Assembly (NCBI GenBank): GCA_965656495.1
Contig: CBFHKU010000001.1
Span: forward strand, 1-50,682
Length of the DNA stretch: 50,682 bases
Direction of reading: 5' to 3'
Source of the DNA: Coraliomargaritaceae bacterium
Lineage (GTDB): Bacteria; Verrucomicrobiota; Verrucomicrobiia; Opitutales; Coraliomargaritaceae
The translations under genes and the position numbers were made by a program. This document shows positions 1 through 7,867 of this stretch, one piece after another. The notes below the pieces were generated by a model, which made no database searches, was not told the origin of the DNA, and worked only from the letters and a program-made list of their open reading frames with translations. Position 1 is the stretch's first letter; the number at the start of each line of letters is the position of its first letter.

Positions 1-279
1 CAGGCCGAGTTCTCGGCGCAGGCGTTGCACCATGCGTGTGCCAACCTTCCAGCCTTCATCTTTGAGTAACTTCGTCACCTTGGGATACCCCATCTCGGGA
101 TGCTGGTTGGAGACGCGTCGCAGGGCTGCCTTGAGCCTGGCCAGCCATGCATCCGGTTGCTTCGCTTCATAGGCAAAAGTGCTGCGGTGCAGCCCAAAGT
201 GACGACAGGCCGCACGGGCCGTGCAACGTCCCCCGGAAACAAACTCTTCAGCGACCTGACGCTTGTGTCCGGGGCTCAT
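1..279 (-). CDS. IS3-family transposase OrfB (partial, continues beyond window)
   Basis: Manual translation MSPGHKRQVAEEFVSGGRCTARAACRHFGLHRSTFAY...HPEMGYPKVTKLLKDEGWKVG; ATGA overlap with orfA; A-AAA-AAG slippery site at 282-288. Confidence 0.88.
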   Translation of the reverse strand, partial: MSPGHKRQVAEEFVSGGRCTARAACRHFGLHRSTFAYEAKQPDAWLARLKAALRRVSNQHPEMGYPKVTKLLKDEGWKVGTRMVQRLRRELGL

Positions 280-545
280 AACTTTTTTTCAAGTGCCTCC
301 TTCAGCAGCTCTTTGCCGAGCATCTCATCGGCCAACATCCGCTTGAGCCGGGCGTTCTCACGCTGGAGTTCTTTCAATTGCTTTGCCTGATCAACTTCAA
401 GCATCCCCATCTCACGCTTCCAGCGGTGGAAGGTCTGCTCGCTGATCTGACGCTCACGACAGACGTCTTGGATCGTCTTGTCACTGCTCTCCGCCTCCCG
501 GAGGATGCGGATCTTCTGTTCGGTTGTGTATCTTTTGCCTTTCAT
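276..545 (-). CDS. IS3-family transposase OrfA (HTH)
   Basis: KRYTTEQKIRILREAE...ISEQTFHRWK...LKELQRENARLKRMLAD, typical IS407-group OrfA. Confidence 0.92.
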   Translation of the reverse strand: MKGKRYTTEQKIRILREAESSDKTIQDVCRERQISEQTFHRWKREMGMLEVDQAKQLKELQRENARLKRMLADEMLGKELLKEALEKKL

Positions 546-611
546 TGTCTGGTTCCTTTCTAGGGTTCTAGACTAACTTTTCAAGTGGACCAGTTTAAGT
601 CACCTCGACCA

Positions 612-1191
612 GAATCAAGCCATCCGGCAACTGACCTCCCCGTGTTAATGCGGCAGCCTGCAGAGCCTTGCAGCAGAGGGTGGCATCGTTATGGTCGGAA
701 ACGCTCCACCCGATGATCCGCCGACTGAACAAATCCATGACAGTGGCCAGGTAGCTCCAGCCGTCCTCAGTGCGCAAATAGGTCGTGTCGGCCACCCAGA
801 CCTGGTCGCAGCACTCGGGAGCACCCAATTCGCGCAGCAGGTTCGGGCTGTAGCCAAAGTTGTGCGCACTGTCGGTGCCAAGAGGCTTGAAGCCCTTCTT
901 CTGCATGCCCTCTATGCCCATCTCATTCATCAGGCGCAGGGTCCGGTCGCGACCGCAATCCACTTCCTCATCCTTGAGATGATGGTAGATCGGACGGTAG
1001 CCGTAGCGGCGTTTTGACTTCTTGTGCAGCGCGTCGATACGTTCCTTGAAGCCTTCGTCCTCAAGCGAACGTTCGCTGGGACCGCGCCCACGCCATGCAT
1101 AGTAGCCGCTCCGACTCACTTCCAGACACTCGCACATCTCATCGACCGGGTAGGCCGACTTGTTCGATTCTATGAAACGGAAACGCATCAC
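612..1191 (-). pseudogene. IS3 transposase OrfB (rve/DDE), truncated by insertion of element A
   Basis: VSRSGYYAW, YGYRPI, VWVADTTY, YLATVMDLFSRRIIGW; breaks at PDGLI just before the expected HxSD motif; the LVEVT* tail derives from the end of element A. Confidence 0.88.
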
Positions 1192-1478
1192 TCGGGATTG
1201 CTGAAAAAGCCCACCGTTTTTTTTAGAATCTCATTCATCCGCTTCTGCTTGGCCAGTTCCTTGCGCAGCTGCGCCAGTTCTTCCGCCATCGCCTTGGGGC
1301 TCTGGACACCCTCCGGAACGTTTTCCTCGAGTTCCTTGAGGTGCTTCTGTTTCCAGCTGTAAAGAACGCCCTCGGGCACTCCCAGTTGCTCGGAGACCTC
1401 CTTGACCGGGGTCCCGTCGATTATGATCATCTTAGCCGCTTCTTTTTTAAACTCGGCAGTGTAACGTCGTTTCTTCAT
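1188..1478 (-). CDS. IS3-family transposase OrfA
   Basis: KRRYTAEFKKEAAKM...LGVPEGVLYSWK...NEILKKTVGFF. Confidence 0.92.
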   Translation of the reverse strand: MKKRRYTAEFKKEAAKMIIIDGTPVKEVSEQLGVPEGVLYSWKQKHLKELEENVPEGVQSPKAMAEELAQLRKELAKQKRMNEILKKTVGFFSNPE

Positions 1479-1532
1479 GGTTGGATCCTCTCGTTAAGAG
1501 AATCCCGTGTCCACTTTTCTCAGGCCAGATCA

Positions 1533-1879
1533 GTGTCTGAAGATACGATTGAACGAATGGAATCAGATAAGCTCCTCAATTTAACTGTATTGTTGGAGTA
1601 TAGTTTCCACACTACCTCCTCATCTTTTCCACCTCCTTTGAGACCTTTTCCTTTATAGTCTGGGTCAAATCTCAAAAAATTCATTATCTTCATGTAAACA
1701 CCGTTTACATTACGAAACTTATCGTATGTTTCACCTCCTAGCTTCTCTTGAAGTCGGTTTAGAAAATCACTAAGTTCGTGTATCTCTTTAGAGTTCCTAT
1801 TTGGAATTTTCGGTTTGTGACGGAGGTAAAAATCGAGTGTAACTATAAGTTCATCTCGTGACCAAGTTGGGTTTTTCAT
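1533..1879 (-). pseudogene. McrA-like HNH endonuclease, N-terminal part, truncated by IS element B
   Basis: NPTWSRDELIVTLDFY...FRNVNGVYMKIMNFLRFDP resembles the N-terminal domain of HNH proteins annotated as 5mC-specific restriction protein A; the ORF runs straight into the IS end at 1532. Confidence 0.7.
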
Positions 1880-1968
1880 TGATTTTGTGTAGTCGATTCT
1901 AACCCTCAGAATTATTTGAAGATCAGAGTGAGAAAAGTAATAGAGGATACATTTTTTATTTTATAAAA

Positions 1969-2706
1969 TTAAGAAGAGAATTCAAATGTAGATGCTCCGA
2001 TTTGACCTAATGACCGAGGTATCATTTTGTCACTATAACAATCGTAGCCCATCTCGAATAGGTTTCTTTGTCTTAAAATCTTATATACCTTCCTTTCGTC
2101 TGACCCTCCCTTTTCTGAATATATTCCATCCGGACTCTCAATTACGACTCTGATTCCTATACGGTCATTTCTTAGCAACGTCTTTTTTGTCTCGTCGTAC
2201 TCGGACGGATCTAAAATGAGCAATATGCTTAACGTATTAATCGTTCGATGGTCTCTCTTTTCGACATCATATTTCCTTCCGGTACTTAATTTGATTTCAG
2301 TCTTACAAAAGTTCTTTCCGTCACCTCTATAGATCATTAATTTGTAAGATTCGATCTTCCAATTCTGTTCGTAGGCATCTTTGCATTTAAATAATTCAAA
2401 TTCTGGAACTCTTTTATCAATCTCTGGAAATGTTGGAGAAGGGTCTAATTCTATTTCCAATGAATTAGAATAGGTATTTTCATATGGTATTCCTTCCCAT
2501 TTTCTCTTCATCCATTTTTTCCGACTTTTGATTTTTTTGCTGTAGGGGTTGATCCAGAAATTTAATTTTGATAAACATTTCACAGATTTGTTTACAAAAG
2601 TAAGACGTTCATCGTGATTGGACACCCATTCATGGATCACTCCATCGATATCTTCAGATATTTCAGCTGAATACCCGTTGTCATCACTAGTGAATTTTAA
2701 GCTCAT
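1969..2706 (-). CDS. hypothetical protein (245 aa, AT-rich)
   Basis: Long ORF in AT-rich DNA, co-oriented with neighbours; no motif recognised. Confidence 0.7.
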   Translation of the reverse strand: MSLKFTSDDNGYSAEISEDIDGVIHEWVSNHDERLTFVNKSVKCLSKLNFWINPYSKKIKSRKKWMKRKWEGIPYENTYSNSLEIELDPSPTFPEIDKRVPEFELFKCKDAYEQNWKIESYKLMIYRGDGKNFCKTEIKLSTGRKYDVEKRDHRTINTLSILLILDPSEYDETKKTLLRNDRIGIRVVIESPDGIYSEKGGSDERKVYKILRQRNLFEMGYDCYSDKMIPRSLGQIGASTFEFSS

Positions 2707-2739
2707 CTTTGGACACGTTTGAATTTTTAACCCTTTGGA

Positions 2740-3237
2740 TTAATTTAAGTATAGGTTTCGACGAATTTCTGGAAAATCTCTTAAATCAGTTTTGGACTTA
2801 CCTGACCATTTTCCCGTTATAGGTATATACTTTAATAATGGAATTCTCTCCCATTTATTATTCTTCCAGGTTCCTATTACGGAAAGTCCATCAATAGATA
2901 ATATTCCTCTTAAATTGATAAGTTCATCGTTAAATGATATGTATAGGTTTTCGTTATATACTCTCCATCTATCTTTTTCGTCATTATAGGTATATCCTTT
3001 ATTAGATCCGTTGATCACAGAGTAACTGACTTTTTGATTAGGTTTCAAGAAAACCTTCAATATCAGTTTTTCTTTCTCTAAACCTTCGATGTAAATTTCC
3101 CAGACTGTATTAGAAATTCGGTCTATATATTTTCCGTAATTATCTCCGTAAACTGGATTGGTTAACTGTACACAAGATGTAAGTCCCAACACTAATATTA
3201 TAAGTAGTAAAAGTTGGGTGAGTTTAGTTTTCATCAA
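2740..3237 (-). CDS. putative lipoprotein, hypothetical
   Basis: Basic N-terminus, hydrophobic stretch and LTSC lipobox. Confidence 0.65.
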   Translation of the reverse strand: MMKTKLTQLLLLIILVLGLTSCVQLTNPVYGDNYGKYIDRISNTVWEIYIEGLEKEKLILKVFLKPNQKVSYSVINGSNKGYTYNDEKDRWRVYNENLYISFNDELINLRGILSIDGLSVIGTWKNNKWERIPLLKYIPITGKWSGKSKTDLRDFPEIRRNLYLN

Positions 3238-3287
3238 TCTATCGTGATTTCAGGAAGATTTTATATGTTTATTTTATATATTTTACC

Positions 3288-4250
3288 TTATCCATTTACT
3301 ATGTTCAGATATTTTTGTTTGATGAGGTAAATGAGGTAATCGATATCGGTATTTTGAGTCACCGGAATCTTATACTTACCACCCTGAACTCCGGACTTAA
3401 ACGTCCAAGTCTGTTCCTTTGAAATGTTCTTTGGATCATCCAAGGTAAAAAAGTTCTTTTGTTTGGAACCATCAAGTCGGATATTCCCACGGTTGAGTTC
3501 AATAACCAGTTTAGATTTTTGAACATTAATGAAACAAACCTTCTTTTGATTGTATCCAAGTGAAATGTATCTGGGGATGGACTCGAAGTAGGTCTCTTCA
3601 AATTCTAGAAGTCGTTCAGAAAGTTGGTTCCAAAATTCAACTAAACCGGGATTAGATCCCTCAAAATGATCCTCGACATTTACAGTCTTCACTTCTTTTG
3701 AGATATCACTCATGACTCCTTGTGTCTCTGGATTCGAAACAGTCTCGATACTTTCTTTGGAGGTGGAGTGATGTTGATCCAAAATCACCACTCCATTTGA
3801 GAACCTCTTAATCTCCCACAGTTCAAAAGGAAGGTTTTTGAAATTTACACTATCCTTCTGGTAGGAGTTAAAAGAAGGGGAAATGAATACGACACGAGAT
3901 TGAGACCAATCAATGTCTTCGACCTTAAGGACACGGTTGAAATACTGAGATAACGTCAGGAGGAATTCTGACTTATTGTTCAGAAGAAGTTGTAGGTAGG
4001 TATATCCTTGATCAATAACTGAATAACTACTCCCTTTTTTGTATTCGATGATTACAAAAGAGTTAGTCTCTTCGTCGAAACACAGGGTATCCAATCTGTA
4101 TTTCTGGATAGTTAACTCAGACGAAATGAATAGGTATCCGAATATCGTATCGAGGTTCTTTTCAACCAACTTTTGGATGTCTCTTTCTAGCTTGAAAGGT
4201 TCACTTAAAACCTCCAGGAGAAGAAGTTCTCTTGTCTTAAATAATTTCAT
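3288..4250 (-). CDS. PD-(D/E)xK (NucS/DUF91-like) nuclease domain plus DUF5655-like C-terminal domain protein
   Basis: LERDIQKLVEKNL...RLDTLCFD...VIIEYKK...SVIDQGYTY nuclease-like motif; C-terminal TDIDYLIYLIKQKY. Confidence 0.72.
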   Translation of the reverse strand: MKLFKTRELLLLEVLSEPFKLERDIQKLVEKNLDTIFGYLFISSELTIQKYRLDTLCFDEETNSFVIIEYKKGSSYSVIDQGYTYLQLLLNNKSEFLLTLSQYFNRVLKVEDIDWSQSRVVFISPSFNSYQKDSVNFKNLPFELWEIKRFSNGVVILDQHHSTSKESIETVSNPETQGVMSDISKEVKTVNVEDHFEGSNPGLVEFWNQLSERLLEFEETYFESIPRYISLGYNQKKVCFINVQKSKLVIELNRGNIRLDGSKQKNFFTLDDPKNISKEQTWTFKSGVQGGKYKIPVTQNTDIDYLIYLIKQKYLNIVNG

Positions 4251-4501
4251 CTCAGTTCAGGGTGATCTTCTTCTCGTTTGATTTTGATTATTTTTAAGTA
4301 ATTCTAAATTCGATCCGTATTCAAGTGATTTATCGTACTATCAGGTCTAGGGTTAAATTGGTCCGGTTCTTTAAAGGTTTGATTGGATACGTCGGTCGTC
4401 TAATGAGAACCCAAAATCCTATCCCAAAAGGATAACCATCTAAACTAAAGAAATCTATAAAATACTATTATATAATGATTTATGAAAATATAAATAAAAG
4501 A

Positions 4502-4524
4502 TTCGAATCCCTCTCTCTCCGCCA
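4502..4524 (+). other. 3' fragment of tRNA-Ser (T-loop to CCA); probable att site of an island lying to the left
   Basis: TTCGAAT CCCTC TCTCTCC G CCA = T-loop, T-stem, acceptor strand, G discriminator, CCA; the 5' part of the tRNA is absent; abrupt AT-to-GC shift here. Confidence 0.8.
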
Positions 4525-4673
4525 TTTGGCACAGCCAAATCAACACACTCGCGCAGCGAGCAGGGATGAGAACCCGGTTCGACGGAAGGAGCGAATGCGA
4601 CTGGAGATGGGGCGCCGTAGGCGATCGCGCTGCGATGAGGCCTAGCCTCACCAATCCCTCTCTCTCCGCCATT
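4506..4673 (+). repeat. tRNA-linked direct repeat: two identical 21-bp copies AATCCCTCTCTCTCCGCCATT (4506-4526, 4653-4673) with a hairpin-rich spacer
   Basis: Read directly; 147-bp period; spacer hairpins ATTTGGC-ACA-GCCAAAT, CTCGC-GCA-GCGAG, TGAGGC-CTA-GCCTCA. Confidence 0.9.
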
Positions 4674-4979
4674 GCTTCGCCCTCTCCATTTCATTCCGTC
4701 GACGCGTTCCGCTTGCTCATGGCAGGCCACAAAGCATCAGAGACTTTAGAATTACCCGAGGGGCTACAACGCGCCGGATGCCCTGAGCAACTCCATTCCG
4801 CCTACAAAGCCAACGCATCCTAAACCTCAAGCCGGTTTTGAAATAGTCTACTCCAATGAGGCGCAACGCCCTGCAAACGACCTAAGCGAATACGCTTTCA
4901 GGTCCTTGAGATCAATCAGGCTCAATTGATCCTGCTCAATTTGGGGAATTTTGGAGATGAGCTATCTCAAGTTTCTTTA

Positions 4980-6173
4980 TTAGCCCCTTAATTGATATTC
5001 TCTAGGGGCGCCCAAAAACAATTCATTTAGTGAAGACCCTCTAATTTTGAAGAGAGGCCCTTTCTCTGTGACCCTTCCTTTAGGCGTTTTCTTTATCAAA
5101 TGATCAACTGTTATCTCACCACTTCCAATCATTCGGTCAAATTGGTTACTAGACGGTCTGCGTGTATGCTTAACATTCTCTAGCTCAAAGAATTTGTTAG
5201 CTCCTCTCTTTAGCTCTTTGGCTTTGATCCAGAAGGTTTCAGCATGCTTCTCATGAAGGCGATCATGCAATTTTTCAAGCTGCCACATGCACACAGCGTG
5301 ACGTTGGTTATCTATTTTTTGCAGTTCATCCAAGCGCTTCTTGTCTAGGTCAAGGTCGAGCAGTAGTCCCTGACTGTTTATGTTCGATGTGCTGACAGTG
5401 CAATAGAGTTTTCGAATCTCGCCATCGACGTCGTAACCTATGCGTTCAACCATTTCGCGTGCGCTACCAAACTGGCTAAGATTCCAGTTCGGAACCTGCG
5501 CAAATAGGTTAGAGCGTGTGCTTGAGCGTGAGCGTTTGGCTTTAATCTCGATGCCTTTGTAGTCGGGGTTTTTGCTCGAATTAATGGCTATGCCTAGAGC
5601 AGTTTCAATAGTTCGGCCGATTGCTGTGTCGCCCTCGCAAACGGCTTCGATAGGGCCGCTTGCAGCAAGGTTTCGTAGCTTGGAGAGTAATTCATTAGCC
5701 ACCCGATCATAGTCACCTTTGAGTGAGCTCAACAATGTCTCAAGATCGTTGGTGCTATCTTTGAGATCAACCACTGGATCGACTGATAAGTTTTGTAAAT
5801 ATATACGCTGATTTTGAACAAAGATCGCAAGCACATCATTTGGGTTTGCGAATTGTTGCAGCCTGTATGGCCAGATCCTTGGATCTCCCTTTTTAGTTTT
5901 AGGGCGGTAGAGTGATATGTTGGCGTTAACCGCAGTTCCAAGCTCATCAAAGAGCGTGTAGTTGAGTATGACCTTGCTTGAGTCGCCTTGCGCTTGCTGG
6001 CTGTAGTCGTGGATGCCGTTCTCTTTCAGTAATTCGCGGACGGGTGTCGTGGCGTCGAGGATGGATTTCTTCAAGCCGGTCTCCGTTAGATAAATTAGGG
6101 CGCATTCAAGGCCAGCCTCTGAGAGTCTGCCGAGCTTTATTGACTCCGATTTGCCTAAAGGGCGAGAGTTCAT
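4980..6173 (-). CDS. MvaI/BcnI-family restriction endonuclease
   Basis: GDTAIGRTIETALGIAINSSKNPDYKGIEIKAKR signature; KHAETFWI; ITVDHLI; ATGA-coupled to the methyltransferase. Confidence 0.85.
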   Translation of the reverse strand: MNSRPLGKSESIKLGRLSEAGLECALIYLTETGLKKSILDATTPVRELLKENGIHDYSQQAQGDSSKVILNYTLFDELGTAVNANISLYRPKTKKGDPRIWPYRLQQFANPNDVLAIFVQNQRIYLQNLSVDPVVDLKDSTNDLETLLSSLKGDYDRVANELLSKLRNLAASGPIEAVCEGDTAIGRTIETALGIAINSSKNPDYKGIEIKAKRSRSSTRSNLFAQVPNWNLSQFGSAREMVERIGYDVDGEIRKLYCTVSTSNINSQGLLLDLDLDKKRLDELQKIDNQRHAVCMWQLEKLHDRLHEKHAETFWIKAKELKRGANKFFELENVKHTRRPSSNQFDRMIGSGEITVDHLIKKTPKGRVTEKGPLFKIRGSSLNELFLGAPREYQLRG

Positions 6174-7444
6174 AAACTCTTTTCTAGTATGCTTCGCACG
6201 TGCTTGGCTACCTTATTTGCAAGTAATACAGGAACAGCATTTCCAATCTGGGTATATTTAGGGACTTCGCGATCCCACAAGCCTGCATCTGGGTCACCGG
6301 CTCGTCGGCGACCTCCTGTGGTACGTGGTCCTGCAAATTGATACCAGTCCGGGAAGGTCTGGATGCGTGCCCATTCTCTTACGGTCGGAACGCGAGGTTG
6401 GCTAAAATGCACATAGTCGTCAGGCAGTGAGGTGGCCGTGATGTTTGGTCCGGTGCCGTTCCATTCCTTGGGGAGGACCCGTTGAGCAAACTTCTTGGTT
6501 TTCATGTGCTCAGGGATTTCTCCGCCCGAGTGCAGCATGTATTCGAATTTCTCCACAATCTTGGCTGAGTGGGCGCTGTATTCCTGCTCAGTAACTATAG
6601 CGCCCCTACGTGCAAGTTTTCCACTCTTAGAGGTGCGAAGCCACTTCTGAATTTCTGTGTCCGGAGATGCAGGGTAGTGTGTTGTTGTGCTGCCTCCAAT
6701 GTAGTCTGGATCGACCAAGTCACTAAGTAATTCTTTTAGGCTAGGTGGCGCAGTGCTTTTATTGGGCAAAAGACCATTCTTTACTGCACTACCGCCTTTT
6801 GCGTAGGGCGAGCTGTCCTCAGCTGCAAATTCAAGCTGTCGCTGTGTATAGTTTTCCCAAATATCTTTTCGGTAGCCAATGATCAAAACGCGTGGCCTGT
6901 TTTGGGGCACTCCATAGTCTTTTGCATGAACAAGGTCCCACTCACAGTAGTAGCCTGTAATTGCCTGAAAGGCTTTTAAAATGTCGGTGAATATCTCGCC
7001 CTTCTTGCCACTCTTCGTCCAACGTCCTGAGAGTAGGCCTTTGACATTTTCAAAGAGAAAGACTTTTGGTTTCACGAACTCCACCACGCGAACCATCTCC
7101 TGATAGAGCTTGTTCGAGGGAATTTCATTCTTGTGGAGATCAAAGGTTCGGCGGTGGCCGATGCCACTATAACCCTGACAAGGTGGGCCGCCGCAAACGA
7201 TATCTATATCTTTGATCCCTTGGAGTTTCCAGTTCTCCATGAACAGGCGGAGATTGTCGTTGGTCAGTGAGTAGATGTCGCCGACTGGGATCGTGTTTTC
7301 CGACATGCGGTTAATCATATAGGTCTGTGCCGCATTGAGGTTGATCTCACTAAATAGAAGCGGGTGGAAGCCCTCCATCTCAAAGCCAAGTGAGAGTCCA
7401 CCGCATCCAGCGAACAGGTCGATCATACTAAAATTTCCGCTCAT
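6170..7444 (-). CDS. DNA (cytosine-5)-methyltransferase
   Basis: Motifs DLFAGCGG (I), GGPPCQG (IV), FENVKG (VI), PQNRPR (VIII), TVREWARIQTFPD (IX), QIGNAVP (X). Confidence 0.96.
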   Translation of the reverse strand: MSGNFSMIDLFAGCGGLSLGFEMEGFHPLLFSEINLNAAQTYMINRMSENTIPVGDIYSLTNDNLRLFMENWKLQGIKDIDIVCGGPPCQGYSGIGHRRTFDLHKNEIPSNKLYQEMVRVVEFVKPKVFLFENVKGLLSGRWTKSGKKGEIFTDILKAFQAITGYYCEWDLVHAKDYGVPQNRPRVLIIGYRKDIWENYTQRQLEFAAEDSSPYAKGGSAVKNGLLPNKSTAPPSLKELLSDLVDPDYIGGSTTTHYPASPDTEIQKWLRTSKSGKLARRGAIVTEQEYSAHSAKIVEKFEYMLHSGGEIPEHMKTKKFAQRVLPKEWNGTGPNITATSLPDDYVHFSQPRVPTVREWARIQTFPDWYQFAGPRTTGGRRRAGDPDAGLWDREVPKYTQIGNAVPVLLANKVAKHVRSILEKSL

Positions 7445-7867
7445 TTATAAGTATCATAGCTAAGTATTTTTATTTTTACTTATCAAGGCTCTTGTGAACT
7501 TTAACCCGTAGGGTTATTCGCCATTAACTTTTTTCAGGGGGAGGTGCGGTGTTGCTTGGAAGTTGAATTTTATCAATCAGATCACTCGGGAGAGAAAACG
7601 GTTTTGAAGGGAAGTGAGCGACGCTTTATATCAGGCCTGTTGGTAGATCCTGACGCGCATCTGCTCGCGATTGATTGGGTTTTAGCGAGTAAGGGTCGGA
7701 TTGGAATCGCATGGCGGCGACTTCACCGGGAAGACAGTGCATTGTGCCTCTGGTTTTAGGCCGGGACATGATCATAAAGCTTAGCTTGCAAAGGGTGGCG
7801 GGAATCGTGAATAGTCTCCGTGAGTAATCAAAGAGTTTGATGTAATTTATGAAGCGACCGTTACAGC

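Larger units (their letters stand above)
1..611 (-). mobile_element. IS3-family element A (IS407-like), left end at 611, runs off window start
   Basis: Minus strand starts TGGTCGAGGTGACTTAAACTGGTCCACTT at 611 (5'-TG terminus typical of IS3), followed by orfA/orfB; it interrupts the reading frame of element B. Confidence 0.9.
612..1532 (-). mobile_element. IS3-family element B, left end at 1532, interrupted at 611/612 by element A
   Basis: Minus strand starts TGATCTGGCCTGAGAAAAGTGGACAC at 1532; orfA and orfB; A8 slippery run at 1217-1224 with an open -1 frame into orfB. Confidence 0.9.

Noticed and set aside
595..611. Apparent natural C-terminus LVEVT* of IS orfB (and DLA* of the 1520-1879 ORF)
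   Set aside because: These residues and stop codons are read from the inserted IS ends
4502..4673. Intact tRNA or mini-CRISPR
   Set aside because: The 5' two-thirds of the tRNA is missing; only two repeats with a 126-bp structured spacer, and no cas genes
4445..4823. ORFs with repeated MAEREG peptides (4445-4672, 4455-4730) and 4566-4823
   Set aside because: MAEREG is the antisense translation of the tRNA 3' end repeats; these are not genes
4828..4860. QAGFEIVYSNE, resembling m5C-MTase motif II
   Set aside because: No motif I upstream or motif IV downstream in any nearby frame that I could see; probably chance
7445..7867. Short ORFs between the MTase and lacI (possible vsr or C-protein)
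   Set aside because: No Vsr (FxHGCFWH) or HTH motif recognisable
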